Shown here one piece after another: positions 1 to 20,485 of a stretch of 64,000 nucleotides of DNA. The notes below the pieces were generated by a model, which saw nothing but the letters and a program-made list of their open reading frames with translations, was not told the DNA's origin and searched no databases. Source of the DNA: Eledone cirrhosa (lineage: Eukaryota); contig CAXHJY010000011.1 of NCBI GenBank assembly GCA_964016885.1, forward strand, positions 1-64,000, written 5' to 3'. The position numbers and the translations under genes were made by a program. Position 1 is the stretch's first letter, and every line of letters starts with the position of its first letter.

Positions 1-5
1 TATGC

Positions 6-3330
<3,325 letters not shown>

Positions 3331-3743
3331 ACTTATAAACACACAAATATGTATGTATATATATATGTGTGTGTGTGTACATGCAACTATGATCTACACT
3401 GTCGTTCAAAAAGTGATACTTTTGAGTTACATGTCGGAACCATCTTTGGTTTCGAGGCATCTTGTGTGTGTGTGTGTGTGTGTGTCTACCAAGAATTATA
3501 TGTGTATGATAGTGTATGTTCGTGTGTGTATATACATGAGGTTTGTATGTGAGTGTGTGTGCGTGTATCTGTTGGTATGTGTATGCGTGTATCTGCATGT
3601 GTTCCGCGCGCATTGTTGTGCTTTAATACAGAGAATATGTGTGACGAGTGGGGAGATTTAATCAGTGTAAGGTGTGTATATATATATATATATACAGAAT
3701 TATATATATGTATATATATACATATATATAATTGTGTATATAT

Positions 3744-3780
<37 letters not shown>

Positions 3781-3818
3781 TGTACATATATAATTATGTA
3801 TATATATATACATATAAT

Positions 3819-3869
<51 letters not shown>

Positions 3870-3870
3870 T

Positions 3871-3915
<45 letters not shown>

Positions 3916-4267
3916 TTATGTATATATATATAAAAAAAATCTATATATATATATATAAAATATAATTGTGTATATATACATATATACATATATATATACA
4001 TATATATATATACATATATACATTCATATCTATGTGTGTGTGAGTATATGCATATATGTGTGCACATATATATGTGTATATATATATATATATATGCACT
4101 TATGTGTGTGAATGTGTAAATATATTTATATATATTTATATATATTTATATATATTTATATATATTTATATATATTTATATATATATATATTTATATATA
4201 TATATATATATGTATTTATATATATACCATACATGCATATATATATTTATATATATACCATATATGC

Positions 4268-4302
<35 letters not shown>

Positions 4303-4307
4303 ATATA

Positions 4308-4356
<49 letters not shown>

Positions 4357-4608
4357 AGAGCTATCCATGAGAATATCTGGTTTATCGTTTATAAAAACGC
4401 GTGTGCGTATATATATGAGCCTGTATATGTATTTTTAATTGAGATACTTTAAACATGTGTGAGTCTATATATATATCATTCTACATGATATATGTATGTA
4501 TAATATTGTGTTTATATGTAAGGTGTGTGACACACAGTGTAACGATTATATCGATGGGTGTATATAATATTGCATATCTATAGTGTACTGATTATATCAA
4601 TATGTATG

Positions 4609-4647
<39 letters not shown>

Positions 4648-4967
4648 ATGTATGTGTACATAAACATGTATACGTTTTGTCTTATTCATTATGTATGTTA
4701 GAGTAGGAATGCTCATGTAGACAAGGAAACGCCCGCATGCACACGCACATACATATATGTGTGTGTGTGTGTATGTATAATATATATATGAGTAAATATA
4801 TATATGTATATATATATATGTGTAGATAATATACATATATGTGTATATATAAATGTATATATACATATAATATGTATATATATATATATATAATTTTATG
4901 TGCCAATATGTCTATGAATTATTATCTATATGTATAAACCTGTGGATATATGTATATAAACATATTG

Positions 4968-6100
<1,133 letters not shown>

Positions 6101-6564
6101 TTATATAATACACCGAGTTTACAAACACACCGCGCATTATAATAAATTTGCGGTGAATCCATACGTACATATATATATATGTGTGCATGTATGTATATAT
6201 ATATATACATACGACTGTACGTCTGTATACATATATGTATGAACATATGTGTATATACATATATGTATATATATATATTATTTATATATATAATACATAT
6301 ATATATACAAATATTTATACATTCATCCCAGAGCGGTTCAGCTGAATCTCTGACAGTGTCCTTCTTATATATCGTTATATAATTCTATATATTATTATAA
6401 TAAATATTTTCTTATACGCCAAGTATAGAGTACTTTGTTCAGTAATGATCTAACTAGTCTCAAACTGAATCCATCCTGACATATATATATATATTTATAT
6501 TTCACGCCGTGTATATATCTTGGAAAATATATACACGGTTTTTATATAAATCGAGATATTACCA

Positions 6565-6650
6565 TGTCTCGAGCTACCTGCCGGCGAAACAATTGTAACA
6601 CGCAATAAATTGAGTCCAGATGCATCACGGATTTTTGGTTTTTTTATACT
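6565..6650 (+). mobile_element. Truncated Penelope-like pLTR end with the 3' half of a hammerhead
   Basis: GGC-GAAAC-AATT-GTA, then AATAAA and GATGCATCAC, ending in (TA)n; resembles the element at 11510-11664; CTGANGA is missing. Confidence 0.5.
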
Positions 6651-6689
6651 ATATATATATATATATGTATAAATATTTATATATATACC

Positions 6690-6722
<33 letters not shown>

Positions 6723-6731
6723 ATATATGTA

Positions 6732-7415
6732 TAACTTTGAATAACTTTGAAATGTTTTGGCCAGTATTGGCCCAGGCCATGTCTAACTTAATAGCACCAC
6801 CTGGCGAAGTCTTTCAATTCAGGATTTTGGGCACCATGGCCCATTCGAGAAGAGAATTACTGTTTGCGGAGACATATCCGGGTGTGGGTGGTTTGTCCGG
6901 GATTACTTGGAGGAATTTGTCCAAAGACTTCTTGAATTTTGTGTGGTCAGTTTCTGTTTTGACGTGTCCTGGTGTGATGTTGAAGAGAGCAGGGCCAATT
7001 GAGGTGAAATAATTGTGCCGTATTGTTGTTATGAGTTGCGATTTAGATTTTTGTATGGGACGATAGCACGGGGCCCAAGCCTTGGTGTATCTTGAAGGCG
7101 ATGCCAACATCATTTGGGCAGTGATGATGGAGCATTTTCCACATCATGCAGATAATATAACGCTCACGGCGACGTTGGAGTGAGTAAAGTTTCAGGTTTT
7201 CTAGTCGACCCCAGTAGTCAAGGTCTGACATGCCATCTATCTTATTCGTGATTGCCCTTTGAGGAGCTTCACATGATACTTTGTTTCGTGTGGGGAGACC
7301 ACAGTGGACAACAGTATTCAAGGTGTGGGCAAAAGTAAAAAAGAGAAGGATCTGAGGATCAAGGAACACATTCTGCGGGCCATGTCAACTTTGCTGCTTA
7401 TATGCGTGGCCCAGC
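6732..7415 (-). mobile_element. CR1-group LINE 3' fragment (decayed ORF2 C-terminus)
   Basis: Frameshifted translations QRAITNKIDGMSDLDYWGRLENLKLYSLQRRRERYIICMMWKM and GPALFNITP..FKKSLDKFLQVIPDKP..NSL match the CR1/L2-type post-RT region; short tandem 3' tail (TTCAAAGTTA)2 at about 6732-6751. Confidence 0.85.
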
Positions 7416-7417
7416 TT

Positions 7418-8925
<1,508 letters not shown>

Positions 8926-9091
8926 GTATGTGTGTAATTATGTAATTATGTATGTATGTAACTCAGGGTAAATATTCTGTCTTTATAATTGGTATATATT
9001 TCACGCCGTGTATATATCTCGGAAAATATATACACGGTTTTTACCTCTCATTAAGTCAATATCTTTATATCTTTATATATAAATATATGTC

Positions 9092-9190
<99 letters not shown>

Positions 9191-9194
9191 CCAA

Positions 9195-9234
<40 letters not shown>

Positions 9235-9933
9235 TTATTTGAGTGTATGTGTATGTATACATATGTAAATACAAGGTATCACATGTCGAGGTGTCCCCTT
9301 TTCTTGACCATCTTCTTTCGTTTGTATTTAAACATCTGTCTACCTTAAGGTGTATACTGCGGCCGTAATTCTGAAACTTATCCTTTATTATATCAAAAGC
9401 TTGTATAAATAAAATATATATATTAATCTATTATATATGTATATATATATAATACATTTATATATATATATAATGTCATACCTATATAATACATTTATAT
9501 ATATATAATAATGACTATATATATATATACATATTTATATATATGCAATATATGTATATGTATATATATATATAATATTATGTATATATATATATAATAT
9601 TATATATCATATATAATATTATATCATATATATTATATTATATATCATATATATATGTATAATGTTATATATTATATATATAATATTATATTATACAACT
9701 ATATATTGTATTTATATATACGTATATATATATTATATATATAATATTATATATATACAACTATATATTGTATTTATATATACGTATATATATATTGTAT
9801 ATATTATATATACATATATATATGTGTTAACAAATAATATTCTTAAAAGACTCCAGTTGTATTTTCGATTTCTTTTCCTTATACTTTCACTGGGTTTTTT
9901 TTTATTTAAAAAGAAACAACTTATTTTCTTATA

Positions 9934-9977
<44 letters not shown>

Positions 9978-10391
9978 AAGTCCAATTTCCTTTATTAAGG
10001 GGACAATCTGTATGAAGTATAAATAACTGTAAGCCAGTTGATGGTTGATTCCCAGATTTCTAACAGCGTTGAACTTGTTAGATATTTGTTGCTGGGTTTG
10101 CAGCTCTCGGCTTCTTTGTTAGTCCAGGTATTTATATCTGCAGCCACCCAAATTTGGACGTGACTCGGCCTGACGGGTTAATATATATAAAAACAAATTT
10201 TCAGTAGCAGAAAATTCATTATTTGTAAATAAATTAATGTTTTGATATTTCAATGAAAAAATCTTTTTGTTTTCTACTATTTGTTTATACATATATATAT
10301 ATATATACGTTTTGACATACCAGTTTTGAATTGATATCATGCGGTCTCTTTTACGAGTATGTCACATAACATGTTATATATCTAATATTGT

Positions 10392-10455
10392 ATTCTATCT
10401 GAAGAAGGCATGCTATGATTTAGTATCACTGAAATATATATATAACGAAATAAAT
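10392..10455 (+). ncRNA. Hammerhead-like motif, degenerate (related to family D)
   Basis: CTGAAGA (10399), imperfect stem II ATGCTA/TAGTAT, GAAATATATA, then AATAAA. Confidence 0.45.
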
Positions 10456-10489
10456 AATAATGCTATCGTGATATATATTCCATTTATTT

Positions 10490-10673
<184 letters not shown>

Positions 10674-10682
10674 CTCAGTCAT

Positions 10683-10878
10683 CTATACAAATGACTTCTA
10701 CGGGACTAAAATCGATTCTTTCAAAAGAAATCATCTGAGCTGTTCTGTTTTGAAGAACTTCTTTGAATGAAACAGTTGTAGACCTATAAAAGCCATTTCT
10801 ATATAAACTTGATTTTTACACCCTACTCATGTATTGAGTTCCTTACAATCTGTGGTAACCCACGATTGAACCCCATGT
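10683..10878 (+). mobile_element. Family A hammerhead element, old copy with inverted 5' arm
   Basis: TTGAAGAACTTCTTTGAATGAAACAGTTGTAGACCTATA and tail GTATTGAG..TGTGGTAACCCACGATTGAACCC match 63185-63359; 10689-10738 is a decayed reverse complement. Confidence 0.65.
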
Positions 10879-10889
10879 GACAACAAACA

Positions 10890-10984
<95 letters not shown>

Positions 10985-11342
10985 ATAAACATATACATAC
11001 ATATATATATGAGCGTGTGAATAGATAGATGGATATACAGTGTAGTTTGTTAAAGTTGAAAGACGATTCAAACCATGAGACGTGACCCGGTTTACAGAGG
11101 TTTAGATATAGACCTTTCTGCGTCTATTTTAGATTTTCCTACGCCAGGTCTCAAATATTTTACGTGGTTTTGTCTTTGCGTGTAATTGTTCTTCATGCTC
11201 CACATAATGACGTATTATCTTCGGTTTTTTTTTCGTTCTTTGCCAGGGAACGTTTCCACGAACCAAAGTATCGTCTTCCTGTCTTCCTTCGGTTGCAACG
11301 TTTTTTGAAATATTCACTTCTGCGTTCACAGTTTGACTTTGT

Positions 11343-11420
11343 TAGTTTCAGAAGATCACGTTAAGGGTGAAAGCAGCGATTCTTTGCTTAAAATTTTATC
11401 TGTATTTTAATAATAATATA
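11343..11420 (+). mobile_element. Family E hammerhead-bearing element
   Basis: AGTTT-C(A)GAAGA-TCAC GTTAA GGGT-GAAA-GCA..TGC-TT-AAAATT; same family at 12371-12510, 19690-19770, 32610-32670 (-) and 56395-56512. Confidence 0.65.
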
Positions 11421-11431
11421 TATATATACAA

Positions 11432-11664
11432 TATATAGTTGTTGTGAGGCTGCAATTAAATGCGTCCGTAGGCGGTATGCCGGTTGAGCACTCAATGCGG
11501 ACCAGAATATATTATTATAGGTAACGAGGAATCAGTGATGCGTCCAACCACAATTTATTAACATATTTACATATGTTTCTCCGACGATCAGCTCAAGCAG
11601 GATCTATTATAGATCGATAAATTGTGTTTTGATGCATCACTGATTCCTCGTTGTCTATAATAAT
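11432..11664 (-). mobile_element. Fold-back Penelope-like pLTR end with decayed hammerhead
   Basis: Inverted arms 11511-11558 / 11617-11664; minus strand reads CTGCTTGAGC..GGA-GAAAC-ATAT-GTA..AATAAA. Confidence 0.6.
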
Positions 11665-11760
11665 TGTTTCTACTTTAGGCACAAGGCCAGCAATTACCCA
11701 GTGCATTACTGGTACTTTATTTTATCGACCCCGTAAGGATGAAAGGCAAAGTCAACCTCA
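11663..11760 (-). mobile_element. SINE family 1, 3' part
   Basis: Reverse complement of TTTGCCTTTCATCCTTACGGGGTCGATAAAATAAAGTACCAG..GGCCTTGTGCC. Confidence 0.85.
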
Positions 11761-11769
11761 TAATAATAA

Positions 11770-11806
<37 letters not shown>

Positions 11807-11879
11807 TATATATATATATATATAATTATATATATATATATATATAATTATATATATATATAGCTGGATAGATAGATAT

Positions 11880-12200
11880 GTTTCTTTTATTTGCCACCAG
11901 GGCATCAAAAGTGGGACAAGTACAATGGGGGGAGTTTACAAACAAGGCGTCCTCAATAAGGAGGAGGCAATAACAATATATAAAATAAAATAAAATATAA
12001 CAAAAATAAAATTTATAACAAAGTCCTCAATAGAGCGGAGGCGCCTTGGGGGGTCGCACACACCCCCGAAAAAAGTGTGCAACCCTTCTCCTCAGGAGCA
12101 CAGAGAAGGGGTGCTCCCTTGGTCTTTCATCTTCCTCACCTATAGTCTGATGTAGAGTGAAGGCCCATTCACACGGGCCAATCTCGCCACTTTCACCCAG
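11880..12200 (-). mobile_element. Possible L1/Tx1-type LINE 3' end inserted in (GATA)n
   Basis: Minus strand WVKVARLARVNGPSLYIRL*, a structured 3' UTR and an AATAAAAGAAA end; (GATA)n on both flanks. Confidence 0.35.
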
Positions 12201-12370
12201 ATAGATAGATAGATAGATTTTAACGTGCGGTGTTGTTTCCTTAGTCGTGGCGTTCAGGTGGCCGATTTCGGACAGTTCCTAGGTAAGCAGTTCTTGGAGT
12301 ATTAATAATGAAGGAGTGTAGAATACCACGGATAAGCTATACAGAAGGGCTTATATATATATATATAGCG

Positions 12371-12510
12371 GGATCTTCCCGTTAAGGGTGAAAGCAGCGA
12401 TTCTGTGCTTAAATTTTAATATGTTATTTTGTCTATGGTTTTTATATATTTGATATATATTTATCCTTATCGAGCCCTCTTTGGATTTTAGTCTTCACAT
12501 TTATTATTAT
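12371..12510 (+). mobile_element. Family E element, 5'-truncated in hammerhead stem II
   Basis: TCCCGTTAAGGGTGAAAGCAGCGATTCTGTGCTTAAA...CCTTATCGAGCCCTCTTTGGATTTTAGTCTTC, flanked by (TA)n. Confidence 0.7.
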
Positions 12511-12545
<35 letters not shown>

Positions 12546-13164
12546 CTTATATATATACATACAGATATATATGTGTGTGTGTTTCAGTGTGTGTAGATGA
12601 AAGATCAAGTTCAACAGTGCTCAATCTGTTCCAAGAGAGCTTATTTCGTATGTTTCATAAGCTTAACATGTATATGCTATAAATACTGTTCCAGTTGTTT
12701 CAATAATCTTCTCTTCTGGTATATATAGGGCTCAGGTGGGTGACCATTTCATAAATATACAATAATTAGGTCTTACAGTCCTGTCACAATTTATGACAAG
12801 AGTGACCCTTTCAATTCCTACGTTTCACTGAGGCAACAATAACGAAATAAAGAATATCTCGCTCTTGTGAATCGAACTCATGATATTACGATCATGAGCC
12901 AAACATACTATCCATCATGTCAAGTGATATTTATGTATCATTATCAGCATCATCACACCGTTTAATCTCCATTTTCCACGCTAGCATGGGTTAGACCGGT
13001 TGTCCTATTGGAAGCAAGTCGAAGTCAGATGACGATATCTTGCTCATACAGAACCGATTTTATATATGTATATATATGCATTGATAACTTTATACATACA
13101 TTATGTATATAACTTTATCTATAAATATATATCCAGGGAACATACGTACATATAAATGTATGTG

Positions 13165-13240
<76 letters not shown>

Positions 13241-13244
<4 letters not shown>

Positions 13245-13563
13245 AATGATATCGAAAAATGTAACTGGAGTCTTATTTTTAAAAAATATATATATTTATT
13301 TGGTTCCTTTACCGGTTTCGCAGTTCTTCTGCTTTTCAAAAGTACAGTTGAGATGGAGGGTCTCACATGTGAGAAAAACCACAGACCCTCAACTCTACTT
13401 TTGAAAAGCAGAAGAACTGCGAAACCGGTAAAGGAACCAAATAAATATATATATATTTTTTTAATAAGACTCCAGTTGCATTTTCGATTTCATCTTTTTT
13501 TCTTTATACTTTCACTCGTGGAGGACACCTCGGTTATTTTTCATTTTGTAAAAAAAACCTCAC

Positions 13564-13569
<6 letters not shown>
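13241..13569 (+). mobile_element. Family C fold-back element with hammerhead 3' half on both strands
   Basis: About 110-bp inverted arms (13241-13352 / 13387-13494); ...GAACTGC-GAAAC-CG-GTA-AAGGAACC-AAATAAA; unique tail to 13569; related tail at 9835-9930. Confidence 0.75.
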
Positions 13570-13601
<32 letters not shown>

Positions 13602-13614
13602 ATATATATAATAT

Positions 13615-13666
<52 letters not shown>

Positions 13667-13683
13667 GGATATATATATAATAT

Positions 13684-13724
<41 letters not shown>

Positions 13725-13861
13725 GGATATATATATATATATAAGTATGAATCATCCGATCAATCAATAAGTCAATGTACATTTCTATTGATCTATCGAT
13801 GTATACTTAAAAAGTCCATTAGTTGAGACATAGATAGATAGATAGTTATGTATATATATAT

Positions 13862-13893
<32 letters not shown>

Positions 13894-14424
13894 GACATAT
13901 ATATATATACATACACACAATATATAAATATATATATATATTACATACATATATAAATATGTATACATACACACACATATATATAAAAGTATATACCAAG
14001 ATATATAAATATATATATATACAATATATATATAAAGTATATACCAAGAGAGCGAGATAGATAGATATGTGAAAGTTAAGAAGCAGGTGTTTGTCCGTCT
14101 GTCTGTTTGTCTGTGTAAGTTTCTATGCTTCTGTGTGTCTGTGTGTCCGTGTCACTGTCAGCTGTGTCTGCACTACTGCAAGACTGAGACTCAACGTATC
14201 TGCAAGTGTTGATGTGTATAAAGCCTCATTACTCTATAGACGTGCCAGCCTCTCTCTATTTCATTATGTACTCGTCGTCGTGTATAAGTGTACGCACCTT
14301 GTCCTGTGTGTTTCGACTTTTATGTGTGTGTTGAATTTCAATGTGTTTGAAGATATTACTTTATATATATAGAGAGAGAGAGAGAGGGAGAGAGAGAGAG
14401 AGAGGGCGAGAGAGAGATATGTGT

Positions 14425-14485
14425 ATCCCGAGTTCAATCGGGAGTAACCACAGTAAGGTACTCAATCCATAGCAGAGTATAAATA
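14425..14485 (-). mobile_element. Family A tail fragment
   Basis: Reverse complement of TATACTCTGCTATG.ATTGAGTACCTTACTGTGGTTAC.CCCGATT.AAC.CGG; similar fragments at 15120-15215, 36488-36540 and 58887-58945. Confidence 0.65.
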
Positions 14486-14614
14486 TTTAATATAGCAATG
14501 GTTTCTGATCATTTTTAAATAAACGAAGGACATATATATATGTATATATATATACATATGTATATATATGTAAATATAGTATATATATATATACATATGT
14601 ATATATATTGTAAA

Positions 14615-14657
<43 letters not shown>

Positions 14658-14803
14658 TATATATGTTATATATATATGTATATATATATGTATATATATA
14701 TGTAATATATTATATGTATATATATATGTATATATATATGTATATATATATGTATATATATATGTATATATATATGTATATATATATGTATATATATATG
14801 TAG

Positions 14804-14838
<35 letters not shown>

Positions 14839-15077
14839 GTATATATATATATGTATATATATATATGTATATATATATATGTATATATATATATGTATAT
14901 ATATATATGTGTATATATATATATATGTGTATATATATATATGTGTATATATATATATGTGTATATGTATATATGTATATATGTATATATGTATATATGT
15001 ATATATAAATATATGTATATATAAATATATGTATATATAAATATATGTATATATATATTTATGCATACATGTGCATC

Positions 15078-15109
<32 letters not shown>

Positions 15110-15271
15110 CATATATATGAGTCCCAGGTTTAATAAATGGTAGCACAGTTAATAAGGTACTTTCTTGGTGATTTCTCTTTTATCTGAAAAGTTCTAGTCT
15201 TGTAGAAGCTTTTTCTCTATATATATATATATAGCTTCTCGCTACAACAATTTCTATACTTTTCATTTATA

Positions 15272-15333
<62 letters not shown>

Positions 15334-16192
15334 GAAATACGGTTCAATTAAGAATCATTTGGAAATTTTAAAAGATGATCACTCGAAATAAGAAATTTGA
15401 AGTCCCCTAAAAATATATAATTGTTATTTTTTATAATAATATTAATGATAAACAATATTTATATATATTATATTATAAAAATATATATAATATATAATAT
15501 ATTTATATACATATATAATAAAAATATATGTAATATGTAATATATACATAATACATAATATATATAACATAAAAATATATGTAATATGTAATATATACAT
15601 AATACATAATATATATAACATAAAAATATATATGTAATATATTATGTAATACATAATATATTATATATATATATATATGATATATATATATAATATATAC
15701 ATATATTATAATATAAATATATATATATTATATACATGATACATTATAAATATATATGTATATAATATATCATGAATAATATATCATTGTAATATATTAT
15801 ATACATAATATATTATATATATAATATATTATAAATATATATATAATTTTTTATAATTTAGTATTAAGGAATAAATACAAATAACTAATGACGAAATAGC
15901 ATATTTTAAAGAATGGAGTCCCCGAATGTATGATGCCCCATAGTTATAGCTTATTTACCTTAGAGGTAAGTCTAGCACTGCACTTGATCCTTTTGAATTA
16001 CAAATAAAACCTAAAGTTAAGTGCCTTGCTCAAGAACACGATCTACACCCGTGATGGGAATTCAAGATTTTTAGCCGAACACTTCAAGCAGTGAGCCTCG
16101 TAGTATATAATAATGTAATCATATCTGACATTTTTTTAGCTATATATTGTATATAAGGTATATATATCGATATAAAATATATATGGTTAAGT

Positions 16193-16259
<67 letters not shown>

Positions 16260-16620
16260 AATTGTATGTCTATATATACTGCGTATATAGATATATGTTG
16301 TGTGTGTATATATATATATATTGATAGATAGATTGATACATACATACATACACAATATATATATATCGACCTTTCTGGAAAAATTCATAGTACACATATT
16401 TTAAGTATTATATATATATATATATATATATATAATATCATATAATCATATGTATAATATCATATAATCATATATATATAATATATATAATAATATTATA
16501 TATAATAATATTATAATATATATATATATTATATATATTTATATATATATATATATATATATAATATCATATATTCATACATATATATATATATATATAT
16601 ATAATATCATATAATCATAC

Positions 16621-16679
<59 letters not shown>

Positions 16680-16687
16680 CATATAAT

Positions 16688-16735
<48 letters not shown>

Positions 16736-16741
16736 CATATA

Positions 16742-16785
<44 letters not shown>

Positions 16786-16798
16786 CATATAATCATAC

Positions 16799-16832
<34 letters not shown>

Positions 16833-16852
16833 ATAATATCATATAATCATAC

Positions 16853-16888
<36 letters not shown>

Positions 16889-16916
16889 ATACATTTATAT
16901 ATATATATATATATAC

Positions 16917-16948
<32 letters not shown>

Positions 16949-16979
16949 TTTTATATATATATATTTATTTATATATATA

Positions 16980-17028
<49 letters not shown>

Positions 17029-18214
17029 TTTTATATATATCTGTATATATGTGTATGTGTGTGTAATACAATGTTTCCGACTTTTTAATGATACGTTGAA
17101 ATAATTCTTTTATACACCTGAAATATGACGGGAGAATATTATATAGCTTCATATTTTGTGTATTTCACGCTTATATAGGTCTCTGAATATTATACACACA
17201 CTTAGTATATATACATACATATATAATATATTTCTGGCAATATTATTACAACAATATGACTCTCCCCAAGTATAACATTTGTTTCGACACACGATTTCAT
17301 ATAAAAAACCTCGCAAAACAAGTATTTTATATATATATGTGTGTGTATATATATATATATATATACAATGTGTATGTGTATATATGTATATATATATATA
17401 TACATTTATATTTCTATATATATTTATCTACCAGTATGTTTGGATGTGTTCTGAAATGTGACTAAATATAGTCTAAATTATTATTGTATTTTCTTAAAAA
17501 TACAATAATATATAATATATATTTTTAGTACAATATTGTTTTCATATAATATTCATATAAAACCCTAGGACATTGTATGTTTGCTATCTTTTTGTTAATA
17601 TATGTATTTGTTATCACTGTCAGGGTGGTATTTCTAATGAAGAATATTGCCTAAGGTTCTTCGAATAATTAAGAATTCGAAGGGATACAGTGACAGGTCT
17701 AATATTCTCATTAATACTTTGGTGTTTAAAGTCAGTGGGGTGGTAGAATTGTTGTATGAAGTGGGGTGGTAGAATTGTTGTATGAAGTGGGGTATTAGAA
17801 TTGTTGTTACATCAAATAAAATGAACATATTTCCTTACGGCCATCCATGACCCGGTTTCAAATTCCGCCAAGGTCAATTCCTTTCTGTATGTTTTTCTTC
17901 CGGGGTCGATAAACTAAAATATCAGTAAATTATATCACATTATTATCATTATATATATAAACACGCAATTGTTTCTGACAAATATATTAAACACTTTAAC
18001 CCTTTTGTTACCATCCCGGCAAAAACCATCTCTGCTTCTATGAAACAAAAGCACCTATGTTAAAGGGTTCCAATTTAAATTACAATCTTCCGGGATAATT
18101 TTATATAATAACCTTGTGTTAAATTAATTTTTTTGTAATAAAATATCTAACAATTTTAATAAATCCTTCAAAATTCTTCATTAAATAATTCCAATTTTAT
18201 ATAATTTGAGACAC

Positions 18215-18580
18215 AGTAGACGGTCAGAGTGTTAAGTCGCTAAAATGTTGGATGGGGTGCTTTATGGTATTCGTTCCGGCTCCCTGCTGTCTGAGTTCAA
18301 ATCCCGCCGAGGTAAACTTTGCCTTTCATCCTTTCGAAGTCGAAAAACAAACATATCAGTCAAGTACTCGGGTCGACTTACCCTTCCCCCAGAAATTCCT
18401 CATCTTGCGCATAAATAATAAACCATTATTAGCTTTCTAGCATAGTTACGTCCCTTTACAGTCTGAGTTCAAATCCCGCCGAGGTTAACTTTGCCTTTCA
18501 TCCTTACGGGGTCGATAAAATAAAGTACCAGTAATGTACTGGGTAATTGCTGGCCTTGTGCCTAAAGTAGAAACAATTAT
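18215..18580 (+). mobile_element. Two adjacent SINE family 1 copies
   Basis: B-box-like GAGTTCAAATCC followed by the conserved GCCTTTCATCC..GTCGATAAAATAAAGTACCAG core (resembles a Meta-type SINE central domain). Confidence 0.85.
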
Positions 18581-18894
18581 TAATTTGGTGTTTAGAAAAT
18601 AACTTAATAAATGGTTTTACATAAAGTTATCACGGAATTTTTTTTAGATAAATAATTAAATTATTAATTAAACAGTTTTATCTTATGTTTAAGGGAAATA
18701 TCAGGTGGTTTTGATCTCAAAACATGCATTTATGTATACAGCTGTAACCCCTAAGAGAGTCGTATTGGCGTTTCTGGGGTATTTTAAAATCTGGTAGAAC
18801 TTATCTCCACTCCAGGCCTGGTAGAGCTTATCTCCACTCCAGCAAACGTGAAAGAGAGATAGTAACAAAGAGGAAGTGAGAAAGAGATATAGAG

Positions 18895-19075
18895 GAAGAA
18901 TCGAACCAGTACTTGACTGGTACTTTTTTTTTTTCTTTTTTTTTTTTTTCCATTTCGAAAGGATGAAAGGCAAAGTTTACCTCGGCGGGATTTGAACTCA
19001 GACAGCAGGGAGCCGGAACGAATACCATAAAGCACCCCATCCAACATTTTAGCGACTTAACACTCTGACCGTCTA
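18895..19075 (-). mobile_element. SINE family 1
   Basis: Reverse-complement core with an expanded poly-T. Confidence 0.85.
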
Positions 19076-19779
19076 CTGTGTCTCAAATTATATAAAATTG
19101 GAATTATTTAATGAAGAATTTTGAAGGATTTATTAAAATTGTTAGATATTTTATTACAAAAAAATTAATTTAACACAAGGTTATTATATAAAATTATCCC
19201 GGAAGATTGTAATTTAAATTGGAACCCTTTAACATAGGTGCTTTTGTTTCATAGAAGCAGAGATGGTTTTTGCCGGGATGGTAACAAAAGGGTTAAAGTG
19301 TTTAATATATTTGTCAGAAACAATTGCGTGTTTATATATATAATGACAACAATGTGATAAAATATATCATAAAATATGTAATATATTAAAATATTATACA
19401 ATATAAAATTAGAATGGAACCGATTATATTATTATACAAACATACATACACACATATATATATATAAGTGTATGTATGCATATATATGTGTGTGTGTGTG
19501 TGTGTGTACATACATATATATATAAATATGTCTATGTATGTATAGATGTACATATAAATACACACACTCACACACGCATATGTGTATATATATGTGTGTG
19601 TGTATATATATATAGATATGTGTGTGTGTGTGTATATATATAAATATGTATGTATATATCTATATATATATATATATTAAAATAACAGATTAATTGCTCT
19701 ACGGTTCTTATGTTTGATATATATTTATCCTTATCGAGCCCTCTTTGGATTTTAGTCTTCAAATTAATTATTATTATAA

Positions 19780-19799
19780 TATATATATATATATATGTG

Positions 19800-19834
<35 letters not shown>

Positions 19835-19915
19835 GTATATATATATTTATATATATGTATATATATATTTATATATATGTATATATATATTTTTATATAT
19901 GTATATATATATTTT

Positions 19916-19946
<31 letters not shown>

Positions 19947-20023
19947 TTATATATATGTATATATATATTTATATATATATATATTTATATATATGTATAT
20001 ATATATATATGTATATATATATT

Positions 20024-20054
<31 letters not shown>

Positions 20055-20057
20055 TTA

Positions 20058-20088
<31 letters not shown>

Positions 20089-20159
20089 ATTTATACATAC
20101 ATACATATGTATATATATATTTATATATATGTATATATATATATATTTATATATATATT

Positions 20160-20190
<31 letters not shown>

Positions 20191-20238
20191 ATTTATACAT
20201 ACATACATATATATATATATATATTTATTTATACATAC

Positions 20239-20309
<71 letters not shown>

Positions 20310-20315
20310 TATACA

Positions 20316-20369
<54 letters not shown>

Positions 20370-20406
20370 TATATACATATATATATATATATACATATAT
20401 ATATAC

Positions 20407-20437
<31 letters not shown>

Positions 20438-20485
20438 CATATATATATACATATATATATACATATATATATACATATACATATG
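19780..20485. repeat. (TA)n compound microsatellite
   Basis: Seen directly. Confidence 0.95.

Larger units (their letters stand above)
17933..19359. repeat. About 406-bp near-perfect inverted duplication (17933-18338 vs 18954-19359)
   Basis: Arms read as reverse complements throughout; the only mismatches seen are at the outer edge; about 615-bp spacer. Confidence 0.93.

Noticed and set aside
6732-7415. Autonomous partner for the hammerhead elements
   Set aside because: It is a CR1-type fragment; I found no Penelope RT or GIY-YIG ORF anywhere in the window
17060-17152. LINE C-terminal motif KLYNILP
   Set aside because: Too short to support a call
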